From NCBI GenBank assembly GCA_036495665.1, contig DASXMM010000425.1:1-55839 (forward strand): 55,839 nt of DNA. The letters run 5' to 3'. Positions 28,869 through 37,980 of the stretch are shown here, piece by piece; the first letter of the stretch is position 1; each line of letters starts with the position of its first letter. Source of the DNA: Candidatus Acidiferrum sp. Its GTDB lineage: Bacteria > Acidobacteriota > Terriglobia > Acidiferrales > UBA7541. The notes beneath the pieces are model-generated. The model did not search any database and had not been told where the DNA came from. It worked only from the letters and a program-made list of their open reading frames with translations. A program made the translations under genes and the position numbers.

Positions 28869-29042
28869 GGTCGTTCCCTCCGCCGGCTATCTTATACTTC
28901 CTCGTCCTTCAAGCAGTGAGAAAATCGCTTCAACGGGCCTTCCACCTAGCAAATCAAGACATAGTCAATTGGAAGTACAAATCGGCCTCGGCGGTTTGTC
29001 TAGCTATTCTAAGATAAACAGCATTCGGCCTTCAGCAAATAT

Positions 29043-29273
29043 TCATTGATCCGGGAGGCTGTTTTCTCTGCTTCCGCCCTCCGGCCGCCCCTGATTTTTG
29101 CCGGCACGCAGGTTTTCGATGGCGCCGGCGAATCGAAATATAACAAGCACAGCAGCATACGCCGTCACCCAGGCCAAAATTAAGCATGTATCCTTAAGAG
29201 ACCGCCGCTTCCCTCTCATGCCCAGATGTGGATGGGCCGGCTGGGTTCCCAGTGTTCCTTGTGACTCATTCAT
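29043..29273 (-). CDS. Small single-TM hypothetical protein, translationally coupled to the sugar transferase
   Basis: ATGA overlap with the upstream stop at 29270-29273. Basic KRR followed by hydrophobic CLILAWVTAYAAVLVIF. Confidence 0.45.
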   Translation of the reverse strand: MNESQGTLGTQPAHPHLGMRGKRRSLKDTCLILAWVTAYAAVLVIFRFAGAIENLRAGKNQGRPEGGSRENSLPDQ

Positions 29274-30667
29274 TTGGCTCCGCGTCCATAGATCATCACT
29301 TTGGCGGTCTCAAATAGAATCGCCAAGTCCAAGACCATGGACATGTGCTTGATGTAGAAGAAGTCGTACTCCAATTTTGTCTTGGATTCTTCCACGCTTG
29401 CCCCATACTGATATTTCACTTGCGCCCAGCCCGTGATCCCAGGCCGGACCGTATGCCGCAGCTCAAAAAGAGGAATATCTTTCCCGAGCAATTCGCAGAA
29501 ATGCGGTCGCTCCGGACGGGGTCCGACCAAACTCATTTCCCCCCGCAGGACGTTGAAAATCTGCGGAAGTTCATCAAACCGGTATTTGCGAATGAAACGC
29601 CCTACCCGGGTGACCCGGTTATCGTCACTGGCAGCCCAAACCGGACCGCCTTCCTCCGCTTTGTGGACCATGGAACGAAATTTCATAATTCGAAACGGCC
29701 GGCCCTTCAAACCTGTGCGCTCCTGCCGGAATAGCACCGGAGTCCCCGACTCCAGCCAGATGGCAATCGCCACCAGCACCATCAATGGCAGAGTTAGAAC
29801 CGAAGCGATGAGAGCAATAAGGATATCGAACGTACGCTTGGCAGCATAAAGAAACTGAGATTTCTTGAACCCGTCCGACAAAATCAGCCAGCTCGGCGAC
29901 AGGTGCTCCAAGTGGATTCTTCCGGTGACCTTCTCGATAAAGCCGTGAGCATCTTCAACTTCCACGCCTCCAAACTTTAAGTGCAGGAGTTCTGACACCG
30001 GCATATTGCCGCGCCGTTCCTTCAGAGAGATAATAATGCTGTCGATACGCCGGTCCTGCACAATAGATTCGACTTCTCGAACAACTCCGATGATCCCTGG
30101 ATTCACCAACGACTTGCCGACGTTTTCTGCCTGTTCATCCAAAAATCCCTCGACCTTCAGGTTTAGCTCTGGCCGCGAGAGAATTTCCCTCACCGCGGAG
30201 ATTCCCGTGGACCCCGTACCTACAACAAGCACGCGCTTGGGACCATATAGGAGCAAGGTCGTTTTGCTCAAAACGGCTCTTGAGCTCAGCATTAGTATGA
30301 AAATTACTGGCCCAGACATCGCAGCAATGCCCCGCCCCAAACTAATGTCCTCGTCGAGATAGTAGAACAACGCAAGCAACAGGCAGGCGCTTCCGAGCGC
30401 CTGCAGCAATCCCATGAAGACTTCCAAGCCGCTCATGAAGTTGCTGCGCTCGTATAGATCGCTGTAGTAAAGCGCGACTCCAAACACCACAATGACCAAC
30501 GCAAACCTCGCGACAATGTGCGGGCCGCTCAGATATAGAATAATGGACGCGTGGTCTCGAAGCCTCAGACCGATCGCCGTCAAGAGGCCGATCACAACGG
30601 AAGCGACATCCAGAAGGACGAGGAGGAGAGTGCTTTGCGGAATCTTTTGTGCACCTATTCTAACCAT
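29270..30667 (-). CDS. Priming undecaprenyl-phosphate sugar phosphotransferase (PEP-CTERM-system EpsB type)
   Basis: N-terminal TMs, VLVVGTG Rossmann-like domain, KRTFDI, FRQERTG, KFRSM, D.RVTRVGRFIRK.R.DELPQ.FNVL.GEMSLVGPRPERP, RPGITGWAQV. Confidence 0.93.
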   Translation of the reverse strand: MVRIGAQKIPQSTLLLVLLDVASVVIGLLTAIGLRLRDHASIILYLSGPHIVARFALVIVVFGVALYYSDLYERSNFMSGLEVFMGLLQALGSACLLLALFYYLDEDISLGRGIAAMSGPVIFILMLSSRAVLSKTTLLLYGPKRVLVVGTGSTGISAVREILSRPELNLKVEGFLDEQAENVGKSLVNPGIIGVVREVESIVQDRRIDSIIISLKERRGNMPVSELLHLKFGGVEVEDAHGFIEKVTGRIHLEHLSPSWLILSDGFKKSQFLYAAKRTFDILIALIASVLTLPLMVLVAIAIWLESGTPVLFRQERTGLKGRPFRIMKFRSMVHKAEEGGPVWAASDDNRVTRVGRFIRKYRFDELPQIFNVLRGEMSLVGPRPERPHFCELLGKDIPLFELRHTVRPGITGWAQVKYQYGASVEESKTKLEYDFFYIKHMSMVLDLAILFETAKVMIYGRGAK

Positions 30668-30879
30668 TAGGGGGTCTCTAACTTCTCGCTAGAATCCTGC
30701 GGGATCGTTCTTCCGGTTTTCCGGATCTGATCTGAAGTGTCAAGAATCACTGCTTGCAAGTTATAGCTACAGGTGCTTGAGTTGCGGGAACCGTTTCTCC
30801 TGATCACAAACTCCGACGCGACCGCTCGGTCAGCCAATTCTTGCTTGTGGCACGCCAAATTCCATCGCGAGTTTAGTGC

Positions 30880-30896
30880 TGCAAGCAAGAGGCCGA
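30880..30896 (-). promoter_or_regulatory. sigma54 -24/-12 promoter of the sugar transferase-wza operon
   Basis: Minus strand TCGGCCTCTTGCTTGCA = GG-N10-GC with TTGCA. IHF-like 20-mer at 30908-30927. Confidence 0.6.
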
Positions 30897-31101
30897 TTAC
30901 CTTATCTCACTGAAAAACAAGACATTAGCTCCGTCCTGCTCTCTTCGGAGCCCTTTGTTCCTGCATCGAACCGCCCAAATGAGGGAAAGGGAGTACCCAC
31001 AACCGAAATACTTTTCTCAATAGAAGACACTCTTGTGCTTCCGGAAGCCCCCTAAGCTGGAGCGTGAGAATCGCTATCTCTACAAGTCTACGTTTTTCCC
31101 G

Positions 31102-31114
31102 CAAGATATTGATT
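31102..31114 (-). promoter_or_regulatory. IHF consensus site in the divergent intergenic region
   Basis: Reverse complement AATCAATATCTTG matches WATCAANNNNTTR exactly. Confidence 0.5.
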
Positions 31115-31332
31115 TATAAAATCTTAGCCGAATCCAATTGTGCCTCACCCAGACATCCAATCCGCTGGTTTATCGACCAATTTTTCCAACCTTCAGCGCG
31201 GCACACCGATTCTCTCTTTGGTGGCTGGCGTGCTGACTTCTTGTCTCTTTGGCGATAAGACCTATGTCTGCTGTTTTTAGCTTGGCCGAGAACTGTCAAA
31301 ACAGCTTTTTAGAGGTGGTACAAACTTCGAGT

Positions 31333-32370
31333 ATGCCAGATTGCATCCGAATCGCCGACCTAAAAGCAGACCGTTCACTTCTCACCGACCTCTTGACCGA
31401 GAACTTAAGTCCAGATGCTGGAGGCCGCAGATTTGACTGGCTTTATCTCGAGAATCCGCATGGACCAGCCCGCGCCTGGGTCGTCACGGAAGAAGGCACA
31501 GGACGAGGCCTTGGTGCCGCAGCTGCCTTTCCGAAAATATTTTTTGTGGATAATTGTCTTTGCTCGGGCTTCGTCTTGGGAGATTTTTGCATTGATCAGC
31601 GCTATCGAAGTCTTGGACTCGCCCTCCGATTGCAAAGGGCCAGTCTCGAACAGCTTAACTCTTCGCCTGGCCCCCTTGCCTATGATTTTCCCAGTGACCA
31701 CATGATGGCGATTTACCGCCGTATGCAGATCCCCGTCGCAGGTGAGATTGTTCGTTGGGCCAAGCCGTTGAGAACCAACCGCAAAATAGGCACCCGCATA
31801 AAGTCTTCCATGCTTGCCGGATTCTTGGCCGCTCCTCTCAACCAATTGCTGGCCTGGAAGGATTCCGCATCCTTTGGCAACGCCGCCTGGAACATCGAGA
31901 ATCACAAAGGAACCTGCGGCGAGGAGTTTACAGAGTTGGCGCGAACCATTGGGTCGTTCTATGGTTCCTGCGTGGAGCGTTCCGCACAGCATTTGAATTG
32001 GCGATACTTAGAGCACCCTCTCCTGCGTCACGAACTACTGACCGCGCGGTCCGGCGAACAGCTCAGAGGCTACGTTGTTTTTACGCAATACCAACAGGAC
32101 GCTAGGATTGTAGATTTGTTCGGTTTCAGCGACACTTCCATGTGGACTGCCCTTGTAGGTAGGGTTGTCTCCTTGCTGCGCGATCGGGGTTTAAACACGC
32201 TTAGTTTCCCCGCGCTCGCCGCAAATCCCTGGACTGGGCTGCTTCCCAGATGGGGGTTCCGCCCGCGGGAAGCCTCCGCTCTCGTTGTGTATAACCCCCG
32301 AACCGGGACGCAAGTCGAACTGAATTCAAAGGATACTTGGTTCCTGATGGATGGCGACCGAGAAAGCTAG
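31333..32370 (+). CDS. Tandem-GNAT-fold acyltransferase
   Basis: RFDWLYLENPHGPA, LGDFCIDQRYRSLGLAL.LQRA, YDFP, RSAQHLNWRY, terminal W.L..GDRES. Paralogue of 32657..33700. Confidence 0.75.
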   Translation: MPDCIRIADLKADRSLLTDLLTENLSPDAGGRRFDWLYLENPHGPARAWVVTEEGTGRGLGAAAAFPKIFFVDNCLCSGFVLGDFCIDQRYRSLGLALRLQRASLEQLNSSPGPLAYDFPSDHMMAIYRRMQIPVAGEIVRWAKPLRTNRKIGTRIKSSMLAGFLAAPLNQLLAWKDSASFGNAAWNIENHKGTCGEEFTELARTIGSFYGSCVERSAQHLNWRYLEHPLLRHELLTARSGEQLRGYVVFTQYQQDARIVDLFGFSDTSMWTALVGRVVSLLRDRGLNTLSFPALAANPWTGLLPRWGFRPREASALVVYNPRTGTQVELNSKDTWFLMDGDRES

Positions 32371-32387
32371 CTAGGCAAAGAAGGAAC

Positions 32388-32648
32388 ATGGCTGAAAATC
32401 ACCTGAGCGAAAAAATCCGGGAATTCATCCTTGAGAAATTCCCGTTGGCACGCAAACAGCAACTCAAGAACTCCGATGCGCTGCTGGAAAGCGGGATCCT
32501 CGACTCTTTGGGCATCCTGGATCTCGTAAACTATATCGAGCAGCAATTCTCGATCGGTGTATCGGACGACGAGCTCATTCCTGAGAATTTTCAGACCGTG
32601 GATCGAATCGCCGCGTTTGTCGAGAGCAAGTCCACTCATGCCATCTGA
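32388..32648 (+). CDS. Acyl/aminoacyl carrier protein
   Basis: LLESGILDSLGILDLV (phosphopantetheine Ser), DDELIPENFQTVDRI. Acidic, 86 aa. Confidence 0.9.
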   Translation: MAENHLSEKIREFILEKFPLARKQQLKNSDALLESGILDSLGILDLVNYIEQQFSIGVSDDELIPENFQTVDRIAAFVESKSTHAI

Positions 32649-32656
32649 CCGCGGAT

Positions 32657-33700
32657 ATGACGAAGATATCAGTGCGGCCCGTTGATCATGAATTGGACAG
32701 GCAGGAACTGCTGGGCATCTTGCAGGCAAATTTGCCTGACCTTCCTCATGCTCGCCGATTCGATTGGCTTTATCGCGGCAACCCAGATGGCTCAGCGTGG
32801 TCCTGGTTTGTTTGTGAGCCCGCCGGTCGAGCCGTTGGTGTGACTTCTCTCTTCCCCCGATCTATGTGGCTAGGAGACAGAACGGAAATGTGCGGACAGG
32901 TGGGCGATTTTGCGATTAGTGCGAGCCATCGTAGCTTGGGCCCTGCACTGTTACTGCAGCGCGCCACTTTTTGTCCCGTCGACGGCGGAGAATTGGCTTT
33001 CTGCTACGATTGCCCTCCGCACCAGGCGGGCATGTCCACCTTTCGCCGCTTAGGCATGCGTCCAAACTGCAGAATCGACCGGTACGCTCTGCCTCTACGC
33101 GTGGATGCTAGAATTCGGAAGAAGTTAGGTGCTGCCTCTGCTATTCCTGCCGCGTTCGGCAACGGCCTCCTACGGATTGCTCGGAGGTGGCATGGAAAAG
33201 CAATGTCGAGTTCGTTGGAAATCGGAGAACATGTTGGTCCCTTTGGGGAGGAGTTCTCCCATCTTGATGCTGCCGTCCGACGAACCAACGTCATCAGGGG
33301 CCGGCGCACGGCCGCCTTGCTCAATTGGCGATATCGCGCGGATCCTCTGCAGCAATTCGAAGTTATGACCGCGAAACGCGCGGGTGATTTGACAGCCTTC
33401 GTCGTTTTGCAAAATTCCGGCGAGATTGTGACCATTGTTGATCTTTTCGGAGTTGCCCTTGATGAATCCGCGCTCGTGCTCCTTGATTCAGTTGCGAATC
33501 GTTACGAACGATCGCATCAAACTTTGGATGCCTATCTGGCGGAGGGAAGCGAGCTAATCGGGCATTTTTTCAAACTGGGATTCCGGCTTCGATCTGAGGC
33601 CGCACACGTAGTCGCGTATGCAAAGCCGCAAACTGAGCTGTCTGCATTTCTGCAAAGCAAGCCGATTTGGGCATTCAACAAGGCGGAGATTCGCGTTTAA
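32657..33700 (+). CDS. Tandem-GNAT-fold acyltransferase
   Basis: RFDWLYRGNPDG, VGDFAISASHRSLGPALLLQRA, YDCP, RTAALLNWRY..DP. Confidence 0.75.
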   Translation: MTKISVRPVDHELDRQELLGILQANLPDLPHARRFDWLYRGNPDGSAWSWFVCEPAGRAVGVTSLFPRSMWLGDRTEMCGQVGDFAISASHRSLGPALLLQRATFCPVDGGELAFCYDCPPHQAGMSTFRRLGMRPNCRIDRYALPLRVDARIRKKLGAASAIPAAFGNGLLRIARRWHGKAMSSSLEIGEHVGPFGEEFSHLDAAVRRTNVIRGRRTAALLNWRYRADPLQQFEVMTAKRAGDLTAFVVLQNSGEIVTIVDLFGVALDESALVLLDSVANRYERSHQTLDAYLAEGSELIGHFFKLGFRLRSEAAHVVAYAKPQTELSAFLQSKPIWAFNKAEIRV

Positions 33701-33772
33701 TCGAAGACTCGAGAACGAGAATTCTGCCGAGATGATTGACACTGGGTTTTTAGACCCCCGGAGGTAGGTGGA

Positions 33773-35344
33773 ATGGATTTTCTGATTCACCATATGTTGC
33801 GCACCAGCGCAGAGCGCTTCCCAGACAAAGAGGCCATGGTTCACGGCGATCAGCGTCTGAGCTATCGCGAAGTTGCGCGGCGGACTGCCGGATTGGCCAA
33901 GGGACTCCGGCGTGCTGGACTCGTTCGCAGCGACCGCATCGGCATTTATCTTGAGCCCTCTGTTCCGCAGGTGCTCTCCATTTTCGGAATCTCCGAAAGC
34001 GGTGGCGTCTACGTCCCGATCAACGCAACCCTTTTCCCTGAGCAGGTCGGCCACATCGCCACGGATTGCGGGATGAAGGGTCTGATCACGACGCCCGCCA
34101 AGCTCGCCGCGTTGGCCTCCGTGCTTCGACAAATTCCGTCTCTCGAATATGTCATCTTGACGGGCGAGGGCGACGCCGGGGAAATTCGCCTGCCTGTACA
34201 TCGTTTTGAGGATTTGTGCGAGCTATCAGGCCCGCCCGAATGGCCTGAACCGTCCATCGGGAAAGACCTGGCCGCCATACTGTACACATCCGGCTCGACA
34301 GGCAAACCCAAAGGCGTAATGCTGAGCCATGCCAACGTCGTGGCAGGAAGCTCTATTGTCTCGACCTATTTGGGTATCACTTCCAACGAGCGCATCCTGG
34401 CGGTCCTTCCCTTCAGCTTCGACGCCGGCATGAACCAGCTAATGACCGCCTTTCAACAGGGTGGCACGATTGTCCTGATAAATTTCGTCTTTGCCAGAGA
34501 AATTGTTCAAGCCCTACTGAAAGAGCGCATTACCGGCCTCGCAGGAGTCCCCACACTTTGGAGTCTGCTCGCCCAGCCCAACTCCACACTTCAAAAGCAG
34601 CCTCTGCCAGTCCTGCGTTACATCACCAATACTGGCGGTGCCATGCCGCAAGCCGTCCTGAAGGTGTTGCGCCAAACACTTACAACTACAAGGATTTTTC
34701 TGATGTATGGCCTGACCGAAGCGTTTCGTTCGACGTATCTGCCGCCGGAGGAACTCGACCGTCGTCCGACCTCCATGGGCAAAGCTATTCCGGACACAGA
34801 AATCCTTGTCCTCAACGAAAACGGCCAGCTTTGCAAACCGGAAGAAATAGGCGAACTCGTCCACCGCGGGCCAACGGTTTCACTTGGTTACTGGAATAGA
34901 CCGGAAGATACCGCGCGCGCGTTGCGTCCAAATCCTCTCCTGCCAACCGCCATGGGAGATTGCGAAAGAGTCTGTTACTCCGGCGACCTCGTGAAAATGG
35001 ACGAAGACGGCTTCCTCTATTTCGTCGGCCGCCGCGATACGATGATCAAATCCTCCGGCATCCGGATCAGTCCTACGGAAGTGGAAGAAGTGCTCTTCCA
35101 GACCGGTAAGCTCCGAGGCGCGGCCGTGATCGGTATTCCCGATGAAATCCTTGGTCAAGTTATCAAAGCGTTCGTCGTGCCCAAAGACGGTGCTCCACTC
35201 GAAACCGATGCCCTCCTGGCTATCTGCGCGGAGAAGATGCCGCGCTACATGGTTCCCAAGTTCATGGAAGTCTTGAGTGAACTCCCAAAAACCTCGAGCG
35301 GCAAAGTGGATTACCCTGCGCTGCGGTGTAGGGAAGGACTGTAA
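33773..35344 (+). CDS. AMP-dependent acyl/aminoacyl ligase (exosortase A-associated type)
   Basis: LAAILYTSGSTGKPKGVMLSH, VLPFSFDAG, TNTGG, MYGLTEAFRSTYL, YSGD, GRRD.MIK.SG.RISPTEVE, PKTSSGK. Confidence 0.92.
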   Translation: MDFLIHHMLRTSAERFPDKEAMVHGDQRLSYREVARRTAGLAKGLRRAGLVRSDRIGIYLEPSVPQVLSIFGISESGGVYVPINATLFPEQVGHIATDCGMKGLITTPAKLAALASVLRQIPSLEYVILTGEGDAGEIRLPVHRFEDLCELSGPPEWPEPSIGKDLAAILYTSGSTGKPKGVMLSHANVVAGSSIVSTYLGITSNERILAVLPFSFDAGMNQLMTAFQQGGTIVLINFVFAREIVQALLKERITGLAGVPTLWSLLAQPNSTLQKQPLPVLRYITNTGGAMPQAVLKVLRQTLTTTRIFLMYGLTEAFRSTYLPPEELDRRPTSMGKAIPDTEILVLNENGQLCKPEEIGELVHRGPTVSLGYWNRPEDTARALRPNPLLPTAMGDCERVCYSGDLVKMDEDGFLYFVGRRDTMIKSSGIRISPTEVEEVLFQTGKLRGAAVIGIPDEILGQVIKAFVVPKDGAPLETDALLAICAEKMPRYMVPKFMEVLSELPKTSSGKVDYPALRCREGL

Positions 35345-36679
35345 GTGGATCGCGTCGCTTCTTTAATACAGCAGTACTTTCCCTTGTCTAAGGGAGAGCT
35401 ATCCGTTGGCGGGATACCCGTTTCGACGCTCGCAGATTCCTATGGCACCCCTCTCTTCGTTTACGATCGCGAAGTCATCGACAAAAAATGGAACCTTCTC
35501 CGCGACGTCTTGCCTGCCCGATTCTCCATCTCTTATTCCGTCAAGGCCAACCCTAATCAGACTATCTTGAAGCATTTCCTCTCGAAGGGCGCTGGACTGG
35601 AGATCGCTTCCGGGGGCGAGTTCTGCCAGGCCCTTCATGCCGGATGTCCCCCAGAGAAAATAATCTTCGCCGGTCCGGGCAAAACAGAGACGGAGCTCGA
35701 ACTGGTTCTCGGAAAAGGTATCGGCGAAATTCATCTAGAATCAGTGCGCGAAGCCGAGCGCGTCTCGGCCATCGCGCAAACGCTCGGGAAGCGTGCTCAC
35801 GTGGCGTTGCGTGTGAACCCCAGCGGCGAGGCCGAGGGAGGTGCCATGCGCATGGGCGGCCGCCCAACTGCCTTCGGCGTTGACGAAGAAACCCTTGACG
35901 AAGTTCTGGACAAGTTACTTTCCTTGCCAGGGCTAGACATTCGCGGCGTTCACCTCTTCACCGGAACGCAGATCCTTGATGCCCAGATTCTTGCCACCCA
36001 GTACCGTAAAGGAATAGCGATTGCGCAACGAGTCGCAGCACGTATCAAGAGGCCTTTACATACCCTGGACTTCGGCGGAGGTCTTGGCGCTCCCTACTTT
36101 CCGCATGAGCAGGACTTGGACATGACGCAATTCAAGGTCGAACTCGATTCGCTTATGAAATCGGTTCAGGGAGATTCTCTCTTATCCAAAACTCAGTTTA
36201 TGGTCGAGCCAGGCCGCTATCTGGTTGGAGAAGCAGGTGTTTACGTAGCCCGCGTCATTGACGCCAAGGTTTCGCGTGGCAAGAAATTTCTCATTCTCGA
36301 TGGTGGCATGCACCATCATCTCTCTGCCTCTGGCAATTTGGGGCAAACGATCAAGCGCAACTACCCGATCGCCGTGCTCAACAAACTCGACCAGCCCTCG
36401 GAAGAAACCGTTGAAGTTGCTGGACCGCTTTGCACGCCACTCGATGTCCTGGCCCGTGGAGCAATTCTGCCTCGCACGGAAGTGGGCGATGTTATCGGCA
36501 TTTTTCAGTCCGGCGCGTATGCGCGCTCAGCGAGCCCGTTGGGTTTCCTCAGCCACCCTTCTCCTCCCGAGGTCTGGGTGGACGCTGCCAGCCACCGTCT
36601 AATCCGCCGTCGTGGGGAGTTCGGCGACTATCTACGCGACCAACCATCCGACTCGAGTCAGGTACAACCGCGGAAGTGA
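35345..36679 (+). CDS. PLP-dependent decarboxylase, fold III (LysA-like; exosortase A-associated/BtrK-like)
   Basis: YSVKANP (PLP Lys), EIASGGE, AGPGK, LRVNP, HLFTGTQ, DFGGGLG, EPGRYLV, GPLCTPLD, GAY. Confidence 0.88.
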   Translation: MDRVASLIQQYFPLSKGELSVGGIPVSTLADSYGTPLFVYDREVIDKKWNLLRDVLPARFSISYSVKANPNQTILKHFLSKGAGLEIASGGEFCQALHAGCPPEKIIFAGPGKTETELELVLGKGIGEIHLESVREAERVSAIAQTLGKRAHVALRVNPSGEAEGGAMRMGGRPTAFGVDEETLDEVLDKLLSLPGLDIRGVHLFTGTQILDAQILATQYRKGIAIAQRVAARIKRPLHTLDFGGGLGAPYFPHEQDLDMTQFKVELDSLMKSVQGDSLLSKTQFMVEPGRYLVGEAGVYVARVIDAKVSRGKKFLILDGGMHHHLSASGNLGQTIKRNYPIAVLNKLDQPSEETVEVAGPLCTPLDVLARGAILPRTEVGDVIGIFQSGAYARSASPLGFLSHPSPPEVWVDAASHRLIRRRGEFGDYLRDQPSDSSQVQPRK

Positions 36680-37923
36680 AAAAAGTCCTCATCGTTGCGT
36701 ACCACTTTCCTCCACAAGCTGGAAGCAGCGGCTATCTGCGTTCCTTGAAATTCTGCCGGTATCTTCCGCAGATGGGCTGGCAGCCCAGCGTTCTTACCGT
36801 GCATCCGCGCGCGTACCCACAAACCAACCACTCTCAACTATCGGATATTCCAGAATCCGTCGTCCTTCGCAGGGCCTTTGCTCTTGACACGCAGCGACAT
36901 CTCTCCTTCCGCGGCCGCTATCTCAGAGCAATGAGCCTCCCCGACCGCTGGGTGAGTTGGTGCCTGGGAGCTATTCCAGCGGGCCTTCAACTGCTTCGCA
37001 AGGAAAGGTGCGATGCAATTCTTTCCACCTTCCCCATCGCCTCCGCCATTCTGATCGGCTGGATTTTGCATCGGCTCACAGGAAAGCCCTGGATCGTCGA
37101 TCTTCGTGACTCCATGACGGAACCGGGCTACCCGCGCGATCCAAACACCTGGAAAGCCTATCGATGGCTGGAAAAAATGGCTGTCCGTGACGCTGCGCGT
37201 CTCATATTTACCGCCAGTTCTGCGATCAAGATGTATCTCAAACGCTACCCCGAACTTTCTCCCTCTCGCTGCTCCCTGATTCTCAACGGCTATGACGAAG
37301 AGGACTTTCGGCACTTGTCTCCAGGCCCAGAAGCACCAAGCCGGCCTCTCCGCCTCGTTCACATGGGTTTGTTGTATCCTCTCGAACGTGATCCGCGGCC
37401 TTTCTTTCGCGCTCTCTCCCTACTGCAAAAACAGGGAGTGCTCGATCCCTCTCGCGTTCGCGTTGAGCTTCGGGCTTCCGGCTTCGACTCCACGTATGAA
37501 CCGATGATCCGTGCCGAAGGTCTCGAAAATCTTGTATATCTCCTCCCGTCTCTCCCGTATCGCGAAGCATTGCAGGACTCCGCCAACGCTGATGGTCTTC
37601 TCCTTTTTCAGGCCGCCTGTTGTGACCACCAGATTCCAGCCAAGCTTTTCGAGTACCTCAGGCTTGCCAAGCCTATCCTTGCTCTCACTTCTCATGCTGG
37701 GGATACTGCTGCTCTCCTCAGGGAGACCGGCGGAGCAACCATCGTGGACTCGGCTGACTGGGAAGCCATTTTTCGAGCGCTGCCTGAATATCTGAAAACG
37801 ATTGAGAAACGCTCCCACCCGGAGCCCGAATCTAGCGTGGTTGAGCGCTATAGCCGCCGGGAACAAGCAAGAGTCTTGGCGGATCTGCTAAATGACGTTC
37901 TCTCGCATGATGGCTCCTCTTGA
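36676..37923 (+). CDS. GT4-family glycosyltransferase
   Basis: GTGA overlap start. KKVLIVAYHFPP..GSSG..R..KF.RYL...GW, LPDRWVSW, WIVDLRD, NGYDEEDF, IPAKLFEYL. Confidence 0.85.
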   Translation: MKKVLIVAYHFPPQAGSSGYLRSLKFCRYLPQMGWQPSVLTVHPRAYPQTNHSQLSDIPESVVLRRAFALDTQRHLSFRGRYLRAMSLPDRWVSWCLGAIPAGLQLLRKERCDAILSTFPIASAILIGWILHRLTGKPWIVDLRDSMTEPGYPRDPNTWKAYRWLEKMAVRDAARLIFTASSAIKMYLKRYPELSPSRCSLILNGYDEEDFRHLSPGPEAPSRPLRLVHMGLLYPLERDPRPFFRALSLLQKQGVLDPSRVRVELRASGFDSTYEPMIRAEGLENLVYLLPSLPYREALQDSANADGLLLFQAACCDHQIPAKLFEYLRLAKPILALTSHAGDTAALLRETGGATIVDSADWEAIFRALPEYLKTIEKRSHPEPESSVVERYSRREQARVLADLLNDVLSHDGSS

Positions 37924-37980
37924 AGAACCATTACGCAATTTACCGAGCCATTTTTGCTTCGGTTTAAAATGACACGACAA

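Noticed and set aside
30842-30860. Second sigma54 motif (TTGGCGTGCCACAAGCA) upstream of the sugar transferase
   Set aside because: The spacing is correct but the -12 context is poor (AAGC); the site at 30880-30896 fits better with the IHF-like box. Not fully excluded.
35345-36679. Housekeeping lysA
   Set aside because: It directly abuts the adenylation enzyme gene, overlaps a GT start and shares an operon with an ACP, which argues for a tailoring role; gene symbol withheld.
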